The notes under the pieces are model-generated. The model made no database searches and had not been told where the DNA came from. It saw nothing but the letters and a program-made list of their open reading frames with translations. Below, in pieces: positions 1 through 4,316 of a DNA stretch of 4,872 nt. Source of the DNA: an uncultured virus (IMG/VR IMGVR_UViG_3300001596_000066) (Duplodnaviria; Heunggongvirae; Uroviricota; Caudoviricetes); IMG/VR virus record IMGVR_UViG_3300001596_000066; one strand, 5' to 3'. The position numbers and the translations under genes were made by a program. Positions within the stretch are counted from its first letter, which is position 1. The number at the start of each line of letters is the position of its first letter.

Positions 1-696
1 TCAAGCCTGCTCCAGCACCGGCTCGACGAAGTCGGCCCCGTCCGGCTCGCGCCTGTTCTTGACCCGATCCGTCACCCGATAGCCAGTCATCTCGTTCGCC
101 GGGTACGGCTGCAGCAGATGCTCTGGCAGGTCGTCGGCGAACAGCCATTCGTGCGCGTCGGCAGGCCGCAGGAGCACCGGCATGCGATTATGCTTCCGGC
201 CAGCGATCAGGTCGTTGGCGTCGGTGGTGATGATCGTGTAGCTGGTCATCATCTCGCCGCTCTCGGGATCGAGCGTCTCATTGAACAGGCCGGCGAAGAA
301 GAAGGGGCTGCCATCCTTGAGCTGATAGTAAGACCACGGCACCGTGCCTTTCGTCATGGCCGGCTTCTCAGGCTCATAGAAGCCATCAGCCGGTACGACG
401 CACCTGTTCCGCAGTAACAGCTTCCACGGCCACTTGGTGCGCAAGGCGTCGGAGCGGGCGTTGGCGCGCAGGAACGGCTTGGCCTTGCCTGACGGCTGCA
501 GATCCCAGAGTGCTCGCTCAAGCTGCACCTCGCCATCCGCATCGCCGCTCGGACGGGCGATCGGGATCATCTGCTTGATGCTGCGGCGATAGAGCGGCCC
601 GACGTCGAAATCGTAGGGCAGCGTATAAAGGCTCGCCTCACGAAATAGCCTAGCGATTTCGGCCGTCGCCCTGCGATTGCTGTCCGCGTAGCACAT
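1..696 (-). CDS. SOS response-associated peptidase (SRAP; YedK/HMCES family) abasic-site crosslinking protein, 231 aa
   Basis: Family motifs: NARS, RCVVPADGFYE (catalytic Glu), FFFAGL, SYTIITTDAN, HNRMPVLL (catalytic His), LLQPYP, V..VKN. SRAP needs Cys at position 2, so the start is moved from the ORF-track ATG (726) to the ATG at 696 (MCYADS). Stop TGA at 1-3. Confidence 0.93.
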   Translation of the reverse strand: MCYADSNRRATAEIARLFREASLYTLPYDFDVGPLYRRSIKQMIPIARPSGDADGEVQLERALWDLQPSGKAKPFLRANARSDALRTKWPWKLLLRNRCVVPADGFYEPEKPAMTKGTVPWSYYQLKDGSPFFFAGLFNETLDPESGEMMTSYTIITTDANDLIAGRKHNRMPVLLRPADAHEWLFADDLPEHLLQPYPANEMTGYRVTDRVKNRREPDGADFVEPVLEQA

Positions 697-731
697 AGGA
701 CGATGCTGACGCGCGAAATCCGACATGGCAA
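697..731 (-). promoter_or_regulatory. Putative sigma70 promoter of the SRAP gene, predicting a leaderless mRNA
   Basis: Minus strand reads TTGCCA (731-726), 17 nt, CAGCAT (708-703; A at -11, T at -7), 6 nt, then ATG (696). No SD precedes that ATG. Confidence 0.55.
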
Positions 732-738
732 GAGTCGG

Positions 739-769
739 TTGACTCCCGGACCTACGATGTTCTTAATTC
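739..769 (+). promoter_or_regulatory. Putative rightward sigma70 promoter
   Basis: TTGACT at 739-744 (-35-like), with an AT-rich CTTAATTC 17-19 nt downstream inside the LexA box. The exact -10 register is ambiguous. Confidence 0.5.
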
Positions 770-773
770 GTTC
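759..773 (+). promoter_or_regulatory. LexA (SOS) box, alphaproteobacterial type GTTC-N7-GTTC
   Basis: GTTC-ttaattc-GTTC is an exact match to the direct-repeat consensus with an AT-rich spacer. It is intergenic, next to an SOS-associated SRAP gene, and overlaps the predicted rightward -10 region. Confidence 0.85.
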
Positions 774-808
774 TCGTTAGAGCCAGCAGCCCAAATGGAG
801 GTCAGACG

Positions 809-1207
809 TTGTCCGAAGACCTGAATTCCTCATGGAACAATCCGGAATGGGATCGCCGCTGGTATCCGGCAGAAATGGCGCTCGATTACGTGCTGGAGGC
901 CCACGAAGAGATCCGGAAGCAGAACGAACTGGGATGCGGCATGTATGTCGGCACCAGCGATTTCGAGATCCTGGTCTGCGTGCCGTCGCACGATTTCGAC
1001 GGGCCATCAAGTCACGTGACGTCAGCCTACTACGAAGCCGACGAAAAGCACGGTGGGCCTGGCTGGGTCGTTTATGGCAAAGCGCCAGACCCTGACCTGA
1101 AGATCGCCGCGTGGATGCCAATGCCTTGGCCGCCCTCGCCCTATGTCCATGTGCCCAGCACACACATAGCACGGCCATCGGAAAAAGCGGCCCAGAGTCG
1201 GCACTGA
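809..1207 (+). CDS. Hypothetical phage protein, DUF551-like, 132 aa
   Basis: SD GGAGG at 797-801, 7 nt before the TTG start. The N-terminal WYP.E, the central ILV strand and the C-terminal 'W...IAAWMPMPWPP' resemble the DUF551 'HWMPLPEPP' signature. Confidence 0.7.
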   Translation: MSEDLNSSWNNPEWDRRWYPAEMALDYVLEAHEEIRKQNELGCGMYVGTSDFEILVCVPSHDFDGPSSHVTSAYYEADEKHGGPGWVVYGKAPDPDLKIAAWMPMPWPPSPYVHVPSTHIARPSEKAAQSRH

Positions 1208-1218
1208 GTGGGGCAGCG

Positions 1219-1413
1219 ATGCAGACCTTCGACAATCTCGCCTTCGAAATCGAGCTTCAGATGCGCGGCGTCGGCCTGGGTCACCGGCGTCGCGCGAAGC
1301 CGTTCATGAGCGAGATGGACGCGCACTGCGCCTCGAAAGAGGTGGCGAAGTGGCTGCGGGAGAACTATGAGATTACGCGGAGGCCAAACGAAAACGCCTG
1401 GAACGTGCCTTGA
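1219..1413 (+). CDS. Small hypothetical protein, 64 aa (MQTFDNLAFEIELQMRG...WNVP)
   Basis: The ATG at 1219 is 11 nt after the upstream stop, with a G-rich (GAGTGGGG) upstream sequence. Its stop overlaps the next start (TTGA, 1410-1413). The pattern is amphipathic-helical. The ORF-track start at 1111 would overlap the upstream gene by about 100 nt. Confidence 0.7.
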   Translation: MQTFDNLAFEIELQMRGVGLGHRRRAKPFMSEMDAHCASKEVAKWLRENYEITRRPNENAWNVP

Positions 1414-1895
1414 GAATCGCCATCTCCCTCGCCGCCTGCCTGCTGGCCGGCGCTGCCACCGCCCAGGAGATCCGCGTGATCGACGGCGATACGTTCGAGA
1501 TGGACGGCGAGACGATCCGGCTGTGGGGCATCGACGCCCTCGAACTGGATCAGACGTGCACTTCAAAGGACGGCCGAACTGTTAGTTTTGGCAATGAGCC
1601 TTTGGAGGGGCTTGAATACGTGTTCGCTGCCTTCCCAGGCGAGCTTTATTGCGAATCGATCGATACCGATCGCTACGGCCGATCAATAGCCAGGTGCTAC
1701 CTGAGATCCGGTAGCGTCCAATTCACCTACGACATGGATGTCGCTGCCGCTCTCATAGCGGCGGGCATCGCATGGGACTGGCCGCAGTATAGCGACGGCC
1801 ATTACAGTGAGGGGCAAGCACTAGCGCAAGAGATGCGGGTGGGTGTTTGGGCCTATGACTGCATCCCGCCGTGGGAGTGGCGGGAGCGGCGTTAA
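1410..1895 (+). CDS. Secreted thermonuclease (staphylococcal nuclease-like) family protein, 161 aa
   Basis: Sec signal peptide (MRIAISLAACLLAGAATA|QE). SNase motifs VIDGDT, IRLWGIDALE, DRYGR, GIAW, GVW and PPWEWR, with catalytic/Ca-binding D, R, D, E, R retained. Four Cys in the mature part. Confidence 0.92.
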   Translation: MRIAISLAACLLAGAATAQEIRVIDGDTFEMDGETIRLWGIDALELDQTCTSKDGRTVSFGNEPLEGLEYVFAAFPGELYCESIDTDRYGRSIARCYLRSGSVQFTYDMDVAAALIAAGIAWDWPQYSDGHYSEGQALAQEMRVGVWAYDCIPPWEWRERR

Positions 1896-2004
1896 GGTCG
1901 GCAATAGGAATGGCTTGTCGTCAGGCCGCTGGTTTCCTGTTGTTCGATTATTGGTTATACTGTCCGCTAGATGTGCAAGGGAACACTAAGGGAGGTGCCG
2001 AGCT

Positions 2005-2214
2005 ATGGCGAATCCGATCACTCCGTATTCGCTTTCCTACCGGTTGGCCGACCACATCGGCAAGACTATCCAAATCCGGCATGGAGTAGCACAGCAAACG
2101 GAAGAGGAGTACGTGATTCAGGAAGTCTTCACGGACGGGGTCTACCTCAAGTCATCGAGCGGTGATGTCATAATGCCGTTCACCGCCATCAACAGGATCA
2201 GATTTGAGCCTTAA
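2005..2214 (+). CDS. Small hypothetical protein, possible Sm/Hfq(LSm)-like beta-barrel, 69 aa
   Basis: Strong SD AGGGAGGT at 1989-1996 and a TATACT -10-like hexamer at 1956-1961. The pattern is a short helix, then GKTIQI, YVIQEVFTDGVYL, then VIMPFTAINRIRF. GC is about 52% by hand count. Confidence 0.72.
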   Translation: MANPITPYSLSYRLADHIGKTIQIRHGVAQQTEEEYVIQEVFTDGVYLKSSSGDVIMPFTAINRIRFEP

Positions 2215-2501
2215 GGACTCGCCCGCTCCGGCCTCAGCAGAATGTTTTCGATCCGCTCGACCTGAGACGATAGCCCGTCGATCTGTCGGCCGATGCGCGT
2301 CTCTACCGCGTTGAGCGCGGCCGTGAACTGCTCCAGCGACTGCTCTACCTGTTCCTCGACCTGGCCGATGCGGTACTCGTTCTGGTCGATGCGCGCCTCT
2401 TGCCGAACGCCCCAGACCAGCAGCACGACGAGCATGCCGACCAGGGTCAACACGTTGCCGGCAGATACGGTGCCGTCCCAATGCAGTCGCTTGTTTGGCA
2501 T
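2211..2501 (-). CDS. Single-TM plus coiled-coil membrane protein, 96 aa (lysis-associated; holin/XhlA-like or inner-membrane spanin-like)
   Basis: ATG at 2501 lies 4 nt after the upstream TAG; TTG at 2531 is an alternative start. TM segment VLTLVGMLVVLLVWGV is followed by a heptad-patterned helix (RIDQNEYRIGQVEEQVE...LSSQVERIENIL). Confidence 0.75.
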   Translation of the reverse strand: MPNKRLHWDGTVSAGNVLTLVGMLVVLLVWGVRQEARIDQNEYRIGQVEEQVEQSLEQFTAALNAVETRIGRQIDGLSSQVERIENILLRPERASP

Positions 2502-2505
2502 GTCT

Positions 2506-2802
2506 CTAGCTTTCAGTTCCGGCCGGCTCAAGCACGGCCATGCAGCCTCGCGGAAAGGCCGTAATGAGACACGATGCCCCCCCGTCCGGCGGATGGCCGA
2601 TCAGCAAGCCCGCCTCGCCGCGGCAGTAGAGCGTGAAGGCCACGCCCGAGGGCGCGACCAGAGCGTCGTGATACTCCCAGCCATTGGCCGCCAGCCATTG
2701 CAGCGCGACAGGCGTCGGCCGGCAGTTCGGCACCTGGGCCGCCGCCGCCCACGACCAGATCGCCAGAATGGCAGCCAGGGCGGCGGTGCGGAGGGCGGTC
2801 AT
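2506..2802 (-). CDS. Secreted/periplasmic Cys-rich protein, 98 aa
   Basis: Start at 2802 overlaps the upstream stop (ATGA, 2802-2799). Signal peptide MTALRTAALAAILAIWSWAAAA|QVPNC. Four Cys in the mature domain. Confidence 0.75.
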   Translation of the reverse strand: MTALRTAALAAILAIWSWAAAAQVPNCRPTPVALQWLAANGWEYHDALVAPSGVAFTLYCRGEAGLLIGHPPDGGASCLITAFPRGCMAVLEPAGTES

Positions 2803-3341
2803 TCCAACTGGTCCTGTGCCGCCATGCGCAGCGCGTGGTTGCTTTCGCGCATCTCTTGCATGGCCCAATTGACCGTAGAGATCGGCAGCCGCTCGCCAGG
2901 CTGCAGCGCCTCGATTTCTAGAAGCAGAGCAACCATCCGATCGTCAGGCAGCAGGATCGCGCTGGCCAGAACCGACAGCGCGTCCGTCCATTCCAGCTCG
3001 TCGCTGTCATCATCGCCCGTGATGGCGCCTTCGAGGCGGATGGCCGCGTTCACCGTCGAGGCCAGGCACAGATAGGCCGACAGCGGCGCGACCGTGCCGT
3101 CCTCGGCATCGAGCGCGACCAGACGGCAGCCTTCCAAGGCCTGCTGTCCGGCGTTGCTGGCCTCGACGATCGCGCGGGCCCGATCGGCCGGCACCTCGCC
3201 GGTTTCGATCGTTTCAATGCCCTGATCATTCGCTGCGGCCAGCAGCAGCGCAGCCGTGGCAACCTCGCTCCGGAGGTCGATCATTCTGCTGGCGCACGCC
3301 GTCACGACGACGACCAGCAACAAGACGGCTAGGCGCTTCAT
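2799..3341 (-). CDS. Lipoprotein, 180 aa, acidic and probably helical (possible outer-membrane spanin-like component)
   Basis: MKR, a hydrophobic core and lipobox V-T-A-C16, with Ala at +2. SD GGAGGG at 3354-3349. Starts 3 nt after the holin stop. Confidence 0.82.
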   Translation of the reverse strand: MKRLAVLLLVVVVTACASRMIDLRSEVATAALLLAAANDQGIETIETGEVPADRARAIVEASNAGQQALEGCRLVALDAEDGTVAPLSAYLCLASTVNAAIRLEGAITGDDDSDELEWTDALSVLASAILLPDDRMVALLLEIEALQPGERLPISTVNWAMQEMRESNHALRMAAQDQLE

Positions 3342-3344
3342 CGC

Positions 3345-3551
3345 TCAGCCCTCCGGCGGCCGGTTGGGCACGGCGTACACCGTGATCGAACCGATCACCG
3401 CGATCAGCGCCGTGTAGACGCTCTCCGCCGTGGCCGCCTCGTCGCCGGCGAGCTGGATATGGCCCTGGCTCTGCAGCCAGATCAGCAGCGTGGTGATCGC
3501 GGCCACGATGAACTTCCGCGAGGCGCGAATCCAGGTAACAGCCTTGGTCAT
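3345..3551 (-). CDS. Putative class II (2-TM) holin, 68 aa
   Basis: SD AGGAGG (3564-3559) lies 7 nt upstream. Basic N-terminus (RASRK), two hydrophobic helices (FIVAAITTLLIWL; VYTALIAVIGSITVYAV), a C-terminal VYAVPN motif, and position right after the tail genes. Confidence 0.72.
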   Translation of the reverse strand: MTKAVTWIRASRKFIVAAITTLLIWLQSQGHIQLAGDEAATAESVYTALIAVIGSITVYAVPNRPPEG

Positions 3552-3571
3552 GTCATGCCCTCCTAGGCATT

Positions 3572-3594
3572 AAAAAAGCCGCCTCAAGGGCGGC
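3572..3594 (-). terminator. Rho-independent terminator between tail genes and lysis-like genes
   Basis: Minus strand GCCGCC-CTTGA-GGCGGC-TTTTTT: a 6-bp all-GC stem with a U6 tract, 23 nt after the stop at 3618. Confidence 0.8.
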
Positions 3595-3617
3595 GGGCGG
3601 TGACGATTGGTGGCGGT

Positions 3618-4316
3618 CTAGGCGCCCTTAACTTCGGCGACCCACATGCCGCCGCCATCATCGAAATTGTCATTGCCGAAATCGATCGCCATTGCGTAGG
3701 ACGTGATCGTCGGGGCCGATCGCTGGCCGACATAGACCACGTCGTCAGTCAGGATCTCGTCGTTCAGCTCTGTCGTGATACCTGCGCCGGGGCTGGCCGG
3801 GTGTTTCTCGCCGCCGGCAAACACGACCAAGAGAGAGTCCAGCGCGGTCGTTGCTATGGATGCGGACAAGCCTGCGTTGCTACTCGCCTGATCCGGAACA
3901 ATGTTGCCCAGCGGGCCGGCGGCGTTGTAGCCGGACAACTCAATCGCGACCAACTCTGTCGTGTCGCTCGTGCCCAGCGTCACGTTGAATGTTGTAGACT
4001 CGCTCGCGTCGGTTACGATCCAAAAGAGCTGCCCCTTGTGCCGGTCGCCGCCGCGATTGGCAGTGAAGCGTGCGCGAGTATCCTCGGTGAGCGACGCTCC
4101 GCCCGATATCGCCACACCGCCTGCATAGACGCTGGAAAAACCCTCTTTGTTGTACAGGCCGACCAGCACCAATCGTGGGCTGCTGACCGCACCGAGCGTG
4201 ACGCCAATCGGCGGGTTGGCGCCGCTGCCCGAGCCACGAGTAACTTTTGTGATGACTGGCGGCCCGCTCGGCACCACAGCCGGCTTGATCAGTGCGGGCA
4301 GAACACGGGTGCTCAT
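3618..4316 (-). CDS. Putative virion tail-associated / receptor-binding protein, 232 aa
   Basis: ATGA overlap with the tail fibre stop (4316-4313). Gly/Thr/Ser/Ala-rich with a beta-strand pattern, a Pro-rich N-terminal arm (MSTRVLPALIKPAVVPSGPP), and no signal peptide or TM. Confidence 0.7.
   Translation of the reverse strand: MSTRVLPALIKPAVVPSGPPVITKVTRGSGSGANPPIGVTLGAVSSPRLVLVGLYNKEGFSSVYAGGVAISGGASLTEDTRARFTANRGGDRHKGQLFWIVTDASESTTFNVTLGTSDTTELVAIELSGYNAAGPLGNIVPDQASSNAGLSASIATTALDSLLVVFAGGEKHPASPGAGITTELNDEILTDDVVYVGQRSAPTITSYAMAIDFGNDNFDDGGGMWVAEVKGA

Noticed and set aside
697..726. 10-codon N-terminal extension of SRAP (MSDFARQHRP) in the ORF track
   Set aside because: It would bury the catalytic Cys2, and it coincides with the predicted promoter.
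795..824. Short uORF ATG GAG GTC AGA CGT TGT CCG AAG ACC TGA overlapping the 809 start
   Set aside because: It has no SD of its own; the ATG simply abuts the GGAGG of the real gene.
777..1566. Minus-strand ORFs 777-1235, 1022-1204 and 1141-1566, plus alternative-frame plus-strand ORFs 832-1095 and 1367-1585
   Set aside because: Arg/Pro-rich shadow frames over better-supported genes, with no motifs.
1912..1945. Hairpin GGCTTG-TCGT-CAGGCC after the nuclease as a terminator
   Set aside because: Weak stem with a G-U pair and no adjacent U-tract.
1931..1995. Possible second LexA box around GTTC (1942-1945) or GAAC (1981-1984)
   Set aside because: Only half-sites; no partner at N7 spacing.
2293..3075. 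260-aa plus-strand ORF
   Set aside because: Antisense shadow of three coupled minus-strand genes; low-complexity Ser/Arg composition typical of GC-rich non-coding frames.
3618..3760. Tail protein C-terminus as a diversity-generating retroelement variable region
   Set aside because: No template repeat or reverse transcriptase in the window, and no C-type lectin-like terminal motif.
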